A stretch of DNA of 64,000 bases. Origin: Candidatus Poribacteria bacterium (GTDB lineage: Bacteria; Poribacteria; WGA-4E; WGA-3G). A program made the position numbers and the translations under genes. Where the stretch lies: NCBI GenBank assembly GCA_963665235.2, contig CAXXLX010000001.1, forward strand, positions 4,288,001-4,352,000, in the 5' to 3' direction. How positions within the stretch are numbered: the stretch's first letter is position 1; each line of letters starts with the position of its first letter. The notes under the pieces are model-generated. The model saw nothing but the letters and a program-made list of their open reading frames with translations, did not search any database and was not told the DNA's origin. Shown here piece by piece: positions 37,337 through 48,012 of the stretch.

Positions 37337-40291
37337 CTATTCCTCAAATTGGAACTTCTCGGAAAATGCGCCGACACGGCAGACGCGCTTATAGCTACAG
37401 TAATTACAAGGGGTTGTCCTATCGCGAGGCGTGAGAGGTGCATCCCCCTCGTCTTCCGAATCCACATAAGTGTCAACCCGCGTGATAAGCTGAAATTTAC
37501 CGCTAGAGATACTATCAACGTACTGCTGAACATAGCCGCTAACACGGTTAAGTATTGCGTCAAAACGTTCATCCTCTAACAATTGCCCACTTTTTGACAT
37601 TTTTGTCCAAGCTGCACCGTTGTAACGTTTGAAAGCCTCCCCATTTAGAGCTTCGTTGCCCAAACCGAGTTCAACATCGCACTGGTCCAGCCTGATTTTG
37701 TGATAGAGCCCTGCTGCTGGCTCTAAGCCTGTCATGCCATTTTCATCTAACAATTTTTTTGCGATTTGTAGATAAATTGGGAGTTGGAGACTGTGTCCCT
37801 CAAGCACGCTCGGGATTTTAGGCGTGGTGCTGCCGGTCTTATAGTCAATTACATTAAAGACACCGTCACCAATATCAATACGGTCGATTTTGCCTGTGAT
37901 AGGCACGTCGCCAATAGGAATCGGTTCAGAGCAACTGAGTTCAGTGTCCCTGATGTTATCTGTTTTGCCAATGCCGACTTCGAAGTAGCTCGGTTCAATA
38001 GGTAAATCATAAGCGCGTTCCGCTTCAAGCCATTTGTGTAGTGAAACGTTTAGTTTGTCGATATCTATTTTCCAAAAGAGATTGTGTTCATTAATATCGG
38101 AACGTCGGGTCCGTTTTTCTTCAGATTTGTCCCGTATTATTTCATCTAATTGCCGTTTTGCTTCCTCAAATAGCACGTCGCTACAGTTCGCGATAGGTGG
38201 CATTTGTCGGTCATGGCGGTTGGTGTAGAATGTGTGAACAACTTCATGCACCAACGTGCCTCTTTCAAGACTAGATAACTCATCCTCCGTTTCGTCGTCT
38301 CCAGTCTTGAGGTTCAAGACGTTGCCAACGAAGTACTGAAACGGACACCTGGCGTAAGTTTCCAATTCGGTGACAGAATACGTTTTATCTTTTCTCTCTT
38401 CCAATGCTGCCCGGCTTTCGTCAGAAAGGGCCTCAATTGTCAACAGCCCCTCGTAAGCTAATGCCTCGTGTGTTTTTTCGCGGCTCTTTTCAACCTGAAC
38501 GACGTGTTCTATCTGATAACGTCTGTCTGCCAGGGCACTCGGGAATTCCGTGTCATCAGGGGTGTCCGTTGACCATACATGATTACCGTAAGTGCTGAGA
38601 AAACCTGATGCCGTGATTTGTGTGGGGTTCTCAATTTTAAGCCTTTCAATATTGATTATCTTCTCTAAGTCCGCTATAAATGGCGAGGCAATAAGTGTGG
38701 ATTCACCCTCATGCTGCGGGACCGTTAGATAGAGCAACTTCCGAAAAGATTTGAGGACCCTATAGAACAGGAATCGATTGTCATAACGTTGTGCTTCCTC
38801 AGTGCGATAAGGGGCTGTGGGCAGAAGCGGGTCGGGTCGATAATTCACAGGGAATCTGCCTTCCACAAAATCGCCTAAAAAAACAGTATCAAACTCAAGG
38901 TTTCTCAGTTCAGCTAGCTGCAAAATTTTGATAGTCTCTCCCACCGCTACTGCCTTAGTTTGATACTTTGTATGCCTTGCTATGAAGCGAAGTTCTTCAA
39001 CGTAATCGTTTAAGGGCTGAGCCTCATTTCCCTCCGCTTCTAAAACCTCACAAAGCTCTGTAACGAGCTTATTGAATTGGTGATACGCGTTCACTTCCCC
39101 TTCAACGATATGGCGGTTTGTTTGCAGCATCGGGTTCAGAATTTGCGAAATAACCTCGCTTTTTTTGAGGACATCGGTGACATATCCCAGAAATTCCTTA
39201 GGGAGGAGTGGACGTTTGGAGGATGAAAACCCCTCAAAAATTGTTTTGACAACCTTTGATTTGGTGAGCGGTACGCCTTCTGTAAACGAATGGGGGATTC
39301 CGTAAGCGGGAAAAACTTCCGCGATACGTTGTTGATATTGCATAGGATTGTAAAAGGTAACACAGATGTCGCTGAGTTTGCAGTCACCTTTTGAAACGTG
39401 TTGTTGAATTTGATACGCTATCTGTTCCACCTCTTCGCCTCGGTTGGCAGGTTCCAAAAGTCTAATCTGATGCGTTGTGTCAGCGATACGGGTAGGGTTC
39501 GGACAAAATAGGTTTTCTGCGAAATGTTGGTGTTCCTCGAGGTCGCGTTCATAGGTGGTATCAATATGGATGTCTTTAAATTCCGAGATGAGGGGAACAA
39601 TATTTCCGTAGAGGTTTTCATTTTCCTCAAGGTAATCCGTGCGAAACCACATCTCTACTGTAGGTATCCGGGCAGTCCGTTTCAGAATTTTGATGTCGGT
39701 TTCCGAAAGGACAGAGAATCCTTCAACAACAACAAGGTTCGTTTGGCGAAAAGCATTCGCCATAAACTGTGCCTCAAAATTGTCGGCAAGATAAGCGTGT
39801 TTCCCCTGTTCATCTATCCACTGGTCTTTGAGTTTTTTCTGATAATCGGCGTAAATGTCGGTCAGGTCAGCAAGGAGCGGATTGTTTTCACCTAAGTCCT
39901 GGGGTGAAGTGCTACGCTCCTTAAGCCGATTAATCGTTTCTACAATCAGGGAGAGCGTACTATCAGGTGTTCCGATATTTTCCATCGGCCGAAGTGCTTG
40001 ATATCGGTAGGTGTCGGCGTTAGCAGCTTTAAAATCGGTAATTTGGTGCAGCCAACGGGTTTGTAGTCCCGATGAGATGCTGCGTTTCTCCGGGGTTACC
40101 TGTTTATAGAGCATACTCACAAAACGTTCAATCGCGTACACTTGCAAATTGGCAATTGCCCTATTTGGGTGGTACGCGATTAATTCACGCTCCCGTTTCA
40201 AGCGGGCGGCATCGTTCGGAACAATGACGATAAAGGTGTGTGCCTCATCGTTCTGAATGCGGGTTTTAAGAATGTCCTCTATGTTCTGCAT
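37337..40291 (-). CDS. AddB/RexB-like protein with C-terminal PD-(D/E)XK nuclease and Fe-S cysteines
   Basis: SVTELETYARCPF, GTLVH, GKIDRID, IDYKTG, LQLPIY, C.YC.Y..VC. Confidence 0.8.
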   Translation of the reverse strand: MQNIEDILKTRIQNDEAHTFIVIVPNDAARLKRERELIAYHPNRAIANLQVYAIERFVSMLYKQVTPEKRSISSGLQTRWLHQITDFKAANADTYRYQALRPMENIGTPDSTLSLIVETINRLKERSTSPQDLGENNPLLADLTDIYADYQKKLKDQWIDEQGKHAYLADNFEAQFMANAFRQTNLVVVEGFSVLSETDIKILKRTARIPTVEMWFRTDYLEENENLYGNIVPLISEFKDIHIDTTYERDLEEHQHFAENLFCPNPTRIADTTHQIRLLEPANRGEEVEQIAYQIQQHVSKGDCKLSDICVTFYNPMQYQQRIAEVFPAYGIPHSFTEGVPLTKSKVVKTIFEGFSSSKRPLLPKEFLGYVTDVLKKSEVISQILNPMLQTNRHIVEGEVNAYHQFNKLVTELCEVLEAEGNEAQPLNDYVEELRFIARHTKYQTKAVAVGETIKILQLAELRNLEFDTVFLGDFVEGRFPVNYRPDPLLPTAPYRTEEAQRYDNRFLFYRVLKSFRKLLYLTVPQHEGESTLIASPFIADLEKIINIERLKIENPTQITASGFLSTYGNHVWSTDTPDDTEFPSALADRRYQIEHVVQVEKSREKTHEALAYEGLLTIEALSDESRAALEERKDKTYSVTELETYARCPFQYFVGNVLNLKTGDDETEDELSSLERGTLVHEVVHTFYTNRHDRQMPPIANCSDVLFEEAKRQLDEIIRDKSEEKRTRRSDINEHNLFWKIDIDKLNVSLHKWLEAERAYDLPIEPSYFEVGIGKTDNIRDTELSCSEPIPIGDVPITGKIDRIDIGDGVFNVIDYKTGSTTPKIPSVLEGHSLQLPIYLQIAKKLLDENGMTGLEPAAGLYHKIRLDQCDVELGLGNEALNGEAFKRYNGAAWTKMSKSGQLLEDERFDAILNRVSGYVQQYVDSISSGKFQLITRVDTYVDSEDEGDAPLTPRDRTTPCNYCSYKRVCRVGAFSEKFQFEE

Positions 40292-40295
40292 CCGT

Positions 40296-42179
40296 TTATT
40301 TTACCTCCGTGCCCGACGGAACCTCCGCTTCAGGGGTTGCTAGTACAATAGATTCACCGCTTGCGGCAAGAATCATGCCGTGCGATTCTACGTTGCGAAT
40401 AGTGGCGGGCTCCAAGTTTGCCACAATTATTACCTGTTTCCCGACCAATGCGTCTGGGGTATAGTGTTCAGCAATGCCAGCAACCACTTGCCGCTGTTCA
40501 GTACCGAGGTCCACCTGTAATTTCAGGAGACGGTCAGCCCCTTCAATCGGTTCAGCCGTGAGGATAGATGCGACCCGCAGGTCCAGTTTCTGGAAATCAG
40601 CATAAGAAACGAGAGGGCTCGTTTTAGCTTCCTTCTTTTGCTTCGGCTGTTTTTGCTGCGGCACTTTGACATCAACCCGTGGAAAAATAGGGTCGCCTCT
40701 TTTGACTTTCAACCCTGTGGGCAAATTTCCCCATGCTGTGACACTATCAAATTCTGTCAACCCAATCTGTTTCTGAATCTTCTCAGCAGTTTCCGGAATA
40801 AAAGGCGAAATCAGCACAGAGATAACACGCAACGCCTCCAGACTATTGTAAAGGATAGTGCCCATTCTCGGTTTCGTTTCTGACTTTGCAAGTGTCCAAA
40901 CCTGTGTCTCTTGTACATAACGGTTGATACGGCGCACAAATTCCCAGATAGTCTCCAAAGCAGCGTCAAACGCGAACGCCTTTATGTGTTCGTCTAATTT
41001 ACCTACCGTCTCCTGTGCCATTTCAGCGATTTCGTCATCAATTTCCTCCGGCGTTTTCGGTTCAGGAATTGCCTCGAAGTTTTTGTTGACCAACCCGAGA
41101 ACACGATTGAGTAAATTACCGAGGTCGTTCGCCAGATCGGCGTTATAACGTTCGTGCAAGCGGGTGGGTCTATAATCCCCATCGTTACCGAAACTAAATT
41201 CACGGAGCAGGTAGTAGCGAAATGCATCTAACCCATAATCTGTGATGGCTCCATCCATATCAATAGAGATGTTTCGCGTCTTGCTCAACTGCTCCCCATC
41301 CTTTGTTAACCAACCGTGTGCAACGATTTGCTTCGGAAGGGGTAAATCAAGGGCCATAAGCATCGCAGGCCACAGCAGTCCATGAAAGCGGGTGATATCC
41401 TTTGCCATCATGTGCACATTTGCAGGCCAAAACGTCTGATATCTTTCAGCATCGGTATCATAACCGAGCCCGGTTATATAGTTCGACAGTGCTTCTATCC
41501 AGACATAGCAGATCTGCTCCGGATCGAAAGGTAACGGGATGCCCCAGGAGACAGAGGCACGGGATATACTCTGATCTTCCAATCCAGATTCCAACACCTT
41601 GAGTAGCTCGTTGCGTCTGCTTTCCGGGTAGATAAAATCCGGGTACTTCTGAAAATGTTCAAGGAGCTTGTCCTGGTATTTGCTGAATCTAAAGAAATAG
41701 TTTTCTTCCTCCAACCATTCCAGAGGTAATTTATGAATCGGACAGATTTTTTCAGGTGTTAATTCTTTCTCCGGAAAAAAACGTTCACACGGACGACAGT
41801 AATGTCCCTCGTAAGTGCCCTTGTAAATATCCCCAGTTTCATAGAGTGCTGTAAGAAATTTCGCCACGCCGCGTTTGTGCATACTGCTTGTGGTACGCAG
41901 AAAAATATGTTCCGAGATGTTTAAACGTTTCCACAGATCAATAAATATAGGTGCCATCTTATCGCAGTATTCTTGTGGGGCGAGATTTTCGTTTTCGGCT
42001 GCTTTATGTACGTTCGCACCGTGCTCATCAACCCCCGTCAGGAAAAGAACGGCATCCCCTTTGAGGCGGTGGCGGTGATACCGTGCCAAAACATCGGCAG
42101 CGATAGTGGTGTAAGCATGACCCGCATGCGGCTCACCGTTCACGTAATAGATAGGCGTAGTGACGTAAAATGTACTCAT
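40296..42179 (-). CDS. metG: Methionyl-tRNA synthetase with C-terminal tRNA-binding domain
   Basis: TTPIYYVN..PHAGH, DEHG, KDITRFH, QLSKT, ANDLGNL, C-terminal OB fold. Confidence 0.95.
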   Translation of the reverse strand: MSTFYVTTPIYYVNGEPHAGHAYTTIAADVLARYHRHRLKGDAVLFLTGVDEHGANVHKAAENENLAPQEYCDKMAPIFIDLWKRLNISEHIFLRTTSSMHKRGVAKFLTALYETGDIYKGTYEGHYCRPCERFFPEKELTPEKICPIHKLPLEWLEEENYFFRFSKYQDKLLEHFQKYPDFIYPESRRNELLKVLESGLEDQSISRASVSWGIPLPFDPEQICYVWIEALSNYITGLGYDTDAERYQTFWPANVHMMAKDITRFHGLLWPAMLMALDLPLPKQIVAHGWLTKDGEQLSKTRNISIDMDGAITDYGLDAFRYYLLREFSFGNDGDYRPTRLHERYNADLANDLGNLLNRVLGLVNKNFEAIPEPKTPEEIDDEIAEMAQETVGKLDEHIKAFAFDAALETIWEFVRRINRYVQETQVWTLAKSETKPRMGTILYNSLEALRVISVLISPFIPETAEKIQKQIGLTEFDSVTAWGNLPTGLKVKRGDPIFPRVDVKVPQQKQPKQKKEAKTSPLVSYADFQKLDLRVASILTAEPIEGADRLLKLQVDLGTEQRQVVAGIAEHYTPDALVGKQVIIVANLEPATIRNVESHGMILAASGESIVLATPEAEVPSGTEVK

Positions 42180-42466
42180 CGGATTTCCTTTTATCTGGCT
42201 AATTGCTCATGACTAATGACTTGCAGTCAAGAGGGCTCTGACCCTTTTTCCTATCTGCTGACTGCTAATTAGATTTTACCATGAACGTTTCTGTTTGTCA
42301 ATAACGCAAATACTATAAACATATCGCCCCGCTGGGGCTAGTTTGCGGGGACATTGTGTTGTCTATAAACATACCGCCCATACTGGGCTAAGAGAAGGGC
42401 AGAAACCGCTGCGCCTATAAACATATCGTCCATACTGGACTAAGAGGAGAGACAGAAACCGAGGCA

Positions 42467-43576
42467 CTATTGTGTTAGAGAACGTTGTGCAATTGTGCGT
42501 CCCTCTTCCGTTAAGGTTAGCTGCATCTCTTCCCTATAAACATATTGATTGTTCAGGGCATGTTTAACAACCTGTAATGCAAAGTCCGGGGGCCAACGGA
42601 GGTGCTCGTGGAGGTGTGCTATTTCTGATTCTACCGCTGCTTCGGGGAGCCCCTCGTGATTCAGAAGATGGATAACCAACATCTGTTGTGCAAATTCCCA
42701 TTTTTGTTGAACACGCCTACGCGCAATAGCGATAAGCCCACGGTTCGGTACGACCAGAAAAATTAATCCAAATACGAGAAGCGTCACCGTTGCAATTGCC
42801 CCGGCAATAGAGACTTCGAAGAGAACAGCGAGCCAATAACCGCTAACGGCATTCACACTGCCAATAATCGCGCTGAGGATGAGCATTCGCGTCAGACTAT
42901 CTGTCATGAGATACGCAGTAGCTGGCGGCCCGGCGATCAGGGCGACGACTAAAATTGAACCGACCGCGTCAAACGCGCCGACTGTTGTCATGGAGACTAA
43001 CATCATCAAACCGTAGTGGATGAGGGTAGGGGCAAATCCAAGTGTGGCGGCGAGACTTGCATCAAAAGTGGCTAACTTCAATTCTTTATAGAACAGAAAA
43101 ATAAAGAGCACATTCAGGGAAAGAATGCTCCCCATCACATATAGTGAAATAGGTCCTAAATCGTAACCGAAAGCCTCAAAACGGTGAAACGGTGCAAGCG
43201 CGAGCTCCCCAAGCAGGACAGCATCCATATCTAGATGCACATTGTTGGCAAATCGGGCAATTAGGATTACGCCTATGCTAAAAAGGGCGGGGAATACCAA
43301 TCCGATTGCAGCATCCTCTTTTAGTAGCTTCGTCCGTTGTAGCAATTCAACGAAAAGGACAGTGAGCATGCCGGTGCCAGCCGCAGCAAGAATGAGGAGC
43401 GGCGAGGAGAGACTCTCTGTAAGAAAGAAGGCAAGCACAATGCCGGGGAGAATCGCGTGACTAATCGCGTCGCTCATCAAGGTCATCCTGCGTAGCACAA
43501 GGAATACCCCCGGTAAGGCACATGCTACTGCGACGACAATTGCAATGAGTTGGATTTCAATTTGTTGTATTTGCAT
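42467..43576 (-). CDS. Mn/Zn/Fe ABC permease (TroD-like) with C-terminal DtxR-like extension
   Basis: DAISHAILPG, KELKLATFD, VGSILVVA. Confidence 0.9.
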   Translation of the reverse strand: MQIQQIEIQLIAIVVAVACALPGVFLVLRRMTLMSDAISHAILPGIVLAFFLTESLSSPLLILAAAGTGMLTVLFVELLQRTKLLKEDAAIGLVFPALFSIGVILIARFANNVHLDMDAVLLGELALAPFHRFEAFGYDLGPISLYVMGSILSLNVLFIFLFYKELKLATFDASLAATLGFAPTLIHYGLMMLVSMTTVGAFDAVGSILVVALIAGPPATAYLMTDSLTRMLILSAIIGSVNAVSGYWLAVLFEVSIAGAIATVTLLVFGLIFLVVPNRGLIAIARRRVQQKWEFAQQMLVIHLLNHEGLPEAAVESEIAHLHEHLRWPPDFALQVVKHALNNQYVYREEMQLTLTEEGRTIAQRSLTQ

Positions 43577-43617
43577 AATGTAGCATTTGGTGCCTACAAA
43601 CGGTGGGGGGCTGCCCC

Positions 43618-45318
43618 CTATTTTTCCGTAGTCGTTATCATCAGCTGCACTTCACTCTGCTGAAAGCGGGGTTTTTCATCGCTTAGCGGCGGCTCAATCG
43701 GTTTCGGTTCCTCGGTTTTTTCTATCGGCTTTAACCCTCGAAAAAGTTCAGCAGCCTTCTCTATATCCTGATTGATAAGGAGGTGATATCCATCCTCTTC
43801 CCGAGTTTCAATAGGTGGAAATTTGTCGGTGCGTGCTGCGACGTTCAGAAATTCTATGCCGAAAGGCGGGGTACACACAAACTCACCCATTTCTGCAGCA
43901 CCGTTTACCGCCTCTGGACCGATATAGTGGTTGTCCTTAAGGAGTATACGTCTCCCATCGGCAAGGGTGTAAAGGAGCCGGATATACGCGGATTGATTTA
44001 CGCGAACGTAGATTTTTAACCTATCGTCTTTTGTGTAATGCAGGGGACCGTGCCCTTCGCTTGTCCACACTTCGACCTTTAAACCATCAATCGGAGCAAA
44101 TTGATGTTCGCTGATTGTTTCGGCATCGCCCCGGCTATGTTCACTTCGATAATAACGTGGTTCGAAAGCCTTTTTCTGCTCTTTTGCTTTCTCATAGCCG
44201 CGCGGTTTATAGATAAACTTATCACCATCGCGCAGTTTAGAATGCAAAAACCGGACGACAGCAGTTGCGATAAATTTGCCAGTCTCTATATCGCGCAGTG
44301 TGGCTCGGAGCGTAATTTCATCGCCGTTTTCCCAGAAGGAGGGGTTGAGTCGCCACGGGTAGCGAACTCGGTTAATTTTGTTTGTGTCAATAGCGGTCTG
44401 ATTAAACTCACGGACAGGCTCAACAACTATCCAGCGAAACTTTTTCTGTAGTATATTGTTGAACGTTGAGGCGAGGGGACTAATCATTTCGGAATCTTCA
44501 TAAACCAAAGGATGGACGGGGACGCTGTGCGGTTCATTGGTCTGCTGCAAAAGTTGAGAGATGAGACTCAAGCAAACGTCGTTAAAGTTGACAATGGTCT
44601 CTTCAGCAAGTTCTTCTACCCGCTTAATCACGTTCCGATGCGGTAATATCTCGCCATCTATTTGCGTTGCTGCGGTTGCCAATTGCTTGAACGTCTCACG
44701 AAAATTAGGAGTGTATTGCGCGCCAATCTGAATAATTTCTGCCTCTTTGAGTGCTTCATAAAGCGGATAGGTTCGCAGATAAGTTCTTATCACCCCTTCT
44801 CTGTTCAACATCTCTTCTTGGCGCTTAGCAATTGCAAGCTCCATTTGAATTTGTAAGCGTAGCATCGAAGCGCGAGCAGCGTAAAGTTCCTTAAGTTCGG
44901 CGCGCTTAATATAGACGAGGGAATATGTTTCCTTGTCGTCTTGGCGTGCCATATCAACGGTAAGGTTCCGAACTTTAAGACTTTCTAATTTGAGAGCGGG
45001 GACGACTTGCCGCCATGAACAGTAATCTTCCAGGACTGCACTATAGTGTTCCCGAACCATATCGTACTCCAGTTCATCCTGGTTGGAACGAATGATATGG
45101 GATACCTTTCTGAGAATCTTCGCGGCGACTTTTCTATGGGCTTCAGCGGTAGCGTTTTTAAAGGCTTCCTCCCCGGAGGCCGTACCGATATCACGGAGGT
45201 ATGTGTCAGCTGGATACTTCTTGAGTTCAGGTAAAATCCACCCTGGCAGTGCCCAGGTCACGGATGATGTGAAAAAGGTTATAGATATAAATATAAAAAT
45301 AAAAAGCAGTTTTCGCAT
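43618..45318 (-). CDS. Secreted protein with C-terminal DUF4384-like domain
   Basis: Signal peptide; Y..DD.LKIYVRVNQSAYI.L...DG...PPFGIE. Confidence 0.6.
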   Translation of the reverse strand: MRKLLFIFIFISITFFTSSVTWALPGWILPELKKYPADTYLRDIGTASGEEAFKNATAEAHRKVAAKILRKVSHIIRSNQDELEYDMVREHYSAVLEDYCSWRQVVPALKLESLKVRNLTVDMARQDDKETYSLVYIKRAELKELYAARASMLRLQIQMELAIAKRQEEMLNREGVIRTYLRTYPLYEALKEAEIIQIGAQYTPNFRETFKQLATAATQIDGEILPHRNVIKRVEELAEETIVNFNDVCLSLISQLLQQTNEPHSVPVHPLVYEDSEMISPLASTFNNILQKKFRWIVVEPVREFNQTAIDTNKINRVRYPWRLNPSFWENGDEITLRATLRDIETGKFIATAVVRFLHSKLRDGDKFIYKPRGYEKAKEQKKAFEPRYYRSEHSRGDAETISEHQFAPIDGLKVEVWTSEGHGPLHYTKDDRLKIYVRVNQSAYIRLLYTLADGRRILLKDNHYIGPEAVNGAAEMGEFVCTPPFGIEFLNVAARTDKFPPIETREEDGYHLLINQDIEKAAELFRGLKPIEKTEEPKPIEPPLSDEKPRFQQSEVQLMITTTEK

Positions 45319-45360
45319 AGGTTGAGTTCTCCTTAATTTAAGAAATTGCAAATTGAGTGC

Positions 45361-47976
45361 TTAGTCTATGGCAAAAAACAGGAAATTGCTTCCTGGTTCA
45401 TCGATTCCGAAGCTGTCTGAGCGCGGTTTAGGATTAACGCCCTCCATTTCACTCACAATTTCAGCAATCGTTAGGATATTGTCGCCCCCCCCTTTACTTC
45501 GTAATGCCTTAAGGAGGGCTCTAACAAACGCGGATTCATCAGGCACCTGCTCCTTACCGCCGGATGTCAAGTACCGCCGGGTAGTGTATTTAAAGTTCCG
45601 TATGATATCGCGTTCTGTGAGAGATTCAGGGCTGCCGCGCATAGCAATTTCCCGATCGAATGTCCCGCTGTAGCAGGTATCCAGGACCAAAAAGATATGT
45701 TTACAATTCATCCTATTCACAATATCGTGAATTTCTGAGTGCGACACGTAGCTTATAATTGCATCTTTATCTGATGGCAATTTTGTATCGCGTGCGACAA
45801 GGTAGCCGCCTTTGAATGCCTCATCAAAGTGTCCGTGTCCGGCGAAGAAGATGAACAGTTGCGCATCCTCCGGGTAGTCTTTCTTTGCGTATTCACGGAA
45901 CGCTTCAAATATATCTGCCTTCGTTGGGTTTTTGATTAACCGTGTTTGAAAGCCGTATAGGTCCTCTAAATCTCGTTGGACAGCTTCCGCGTCAGAAACC
46001 GGTTTACGAAGTTTGGGCCAATTGTCATAGTCTTCGACGGCAAACAACAAGGCGTAGTCCTTTCCTTCCCTGATGTTTCGTGGCCGGTGGATGACAATTT
46101 CCTTATAGGATTGGTTTCCCAGCATATCTGTGGCGACAACATGCACAGAATTTTCCCCATAAATTAGTGAAACCGAAGTGGAGAATTCCTTTCCTCTCAA
46201 CTGGACGTTTATATTGCCTATCCTGATTTCGGATACGCCATCGTCATCCTCAACTTCACCGGCGACAGTCGTGGTGGCATCGTATATGGTGATTATAGGT
46301 TTGATACCCCGTTTAGCACTTGCCTCCGGTGGTTGGAGTATGCGAATCACAGGTCCCGGATTCGGAAAGCGCCTCGGAAAGGCTCGAGAGATAGTGAAGC
46401 GGTTTGTATCCATGTTGCCGTGTCTGTCTGTAGCAGCGATACGAATCTCGTTTTCACCGTAAGAGAGTGGTACTGTTGCCGTAAATACCCCATCCTCAGA
46501 AAGATAGACCTCCTTGTTATTGACCTTTACTGTGCTAACGTTGTTATCGTCGGTAACACTGCCTCGGAAACTGAAGTACTCATGTTCAGCAGTGACCTGA
46601 TTCTGTCTCTGTAAATCGAGAGAGATAGTCGGTGGATTCGGGTCTAATGGAACGGGCCGGAGGACAATAAGTCGGTTTGTATCCATGTTTCCGTGTGTGT
46701 CTATCGCTGTGATACGGATTTCGTTTTTACCGCCACCCAATTCGACAGACGTACTAAATCTACCTTCTGCCAAGACCTCCACCTCTAATCCATTGACTTT
46801 GACTTCGGCAATACCGTTGTTGTCTGTAACTTGTCCACGAATAGTAAGGTATTCCGTAGTATAGGGTACAATACGCCCGGTAGGCGAGATGATTTCAATA
46901 TTAGGGGCGGTTGTATCTGCTAAAATGGCGGTAGGTTTAGGCAAAACGTTAATTTCAGGCGGAACGACATTGAAATGCGAAAGATCCCAGAGCAGTACAG
47001 TCCGATCGCGACTGCCACTTGCGAGTGTTCTTCCATCCAGTGAAAACGCGACAGAGGTTACCTTGCCAGTATGCCCACTAAGCGTTTTAAACATCTGCCG
47101 ATCAACAACATCCCAAAGTTTTACAGTGTCGTCACCACAGCCTGCGGCGAGATACTTTCCATCCGGTGAAAACGCCAATGCTGTGGCGTAAACCTGGTGG
47201 GTACTATTAACCCTATTAACAGTAAAGCTTACGAAGGCTTCGCCAGAAGATATTCGCCAGAGCTTGATAGTTTTATCACGGCTGGCGGTTGCAAGCATGT
47301 CTCCATTCGGTGAAAACGTCACGGCGTACACAACCCCTTTGTGTTTCATAGAAGGTTTCCGTATCTGTTGACCCGTAACATCCCACAATTTAACAGTCCC
47401 ATCACGATCGGTTGATGCAAGCAGGTTTCCATCGGGCGAAAACGCGATGGATTCGACGATATCGCTATGTCCGGCACTCGGGGCGATGCGACTATTTCGC
47501 GAAATATCGCGAAACATAACAGTACCCTTCTGATCGCCACCCCCGCTGGCAAGTACCTCTCCATCCGGTGAAAATACAACTGACTTCACATCGCCGTCGT
47601 GTTTATGTTGAAAGGCTCTGAGTCTATTTTCGGAAATAACGTCCCATACCCTAACAAAACCATCAAGACTTGCTGATGCAAGCAGTTGTCCATCGGGTGA
47701 AAACGCCACCGACATAACCGATTTACTGTGTCCTCCGAAAACTCTACTTTTATCTCTATTCTCAACATCCCACAAGACAACGGTGCTGTTATCACCACCG
47801 ATTGCAAGAAGCTGCCCATCCGGTGAAAACGCAACAGCGTACACATCCGCTCTATAGTTAAATTGTGCTATCGCTCCGGCAGGAAGTTCAGCATGGCCTC
47901 GCTGCCCCTCCGAGGCAGCGAGGCTCAGTAGACATATTAGAGCAATGGTATAAGCGAGAAAAATTTTGCGTTTCAT
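45361..47976 (-). CDS. Secreted WD40 + Ig-like repeats + caspase-family (C14) peptidase
   Basis: 7 WD40 repeats (VAFSPDG..LAS), three G.V.D...V.V.....L..G.N.I...A.D..GN repeats, catalytic FFAGHG and LDTCYSG. Confidence 0.9.
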   Translation of the reverse strand: MKRKIFLAYTIALICLLSLAASEGQRGHAELPAGAIAQFNYRADVYAVAFSPDGQLLAIGGDNSTVVLWDVENRDKSRVFGGHSKSVMSVAFSPDGQLLASASLDGFVRVWDVISENRLRAFQHKHDGDVKSVVFSPDGEVLASGGGDQKGTVMFRDISRNSRIAPSAGHSDIVESIAFSPDGNLLASTDRDGTVKLWDVTGQQIRKPSMKHKGVVYAVTFSPNGDMLATASRDKTIKLWRISSGEAFVSFTVNRVNSTHQVYATALAFSPDGKYLAAGCGDDTVKLWDVVDRQMFKTLSGHTGKVTSVAFSLDGRTLASGSRDRTVLLWDLSHFNVVPPEINVLPKPTAILADTTAPNIEIISPTGRIVPYTTEYLTIRGQVTDNNGIAEVKVNGLEVEVLAEGRFSTSVELGGGKNEIRITAIDTHGNMDTNRLIVLRPVPLDPNPPTISLDLQRQNQVTAEHEYFSFRGSVTDDNNVSTVKVNNKEVYLSEDGVFTATVPLSYGENEIRIAATDRHGNMDTNRFTISRAFPRRFPNPGPVIRILQPPEASAKRGIKPIITIYDATTTVAGEVEDDDGVSEIRIGNINVQLRGKEFSTSVSLIYGENSVHVVATDMLGNQSYKEIVIHRPRNIREGKDYALLFAVEDYDNWPKLRKPVSDAEAVQRDLEDLYGFQTRLIKNPTKADIFEAFREYAKKDYPEDAQLFIFFAGHGHFDEAFKGGYLVARDTKLPSDKDAIISYVSHSEIHDIVNRMNCKHIFLVLDTCYSGTFDREIAMRGSPESLTERDIIRNFKYTTRRYLTSGGKEQVPDESAFVRALLKALRSKGGGDNILTIAEIVSEMEGVNPKPRSDSFGIDEPGSNFLFFAID

Positions 47977-48012
47977 TCACTTTCTCCTAAAACGTGTTTT
48001 GTTAGCAAAGGT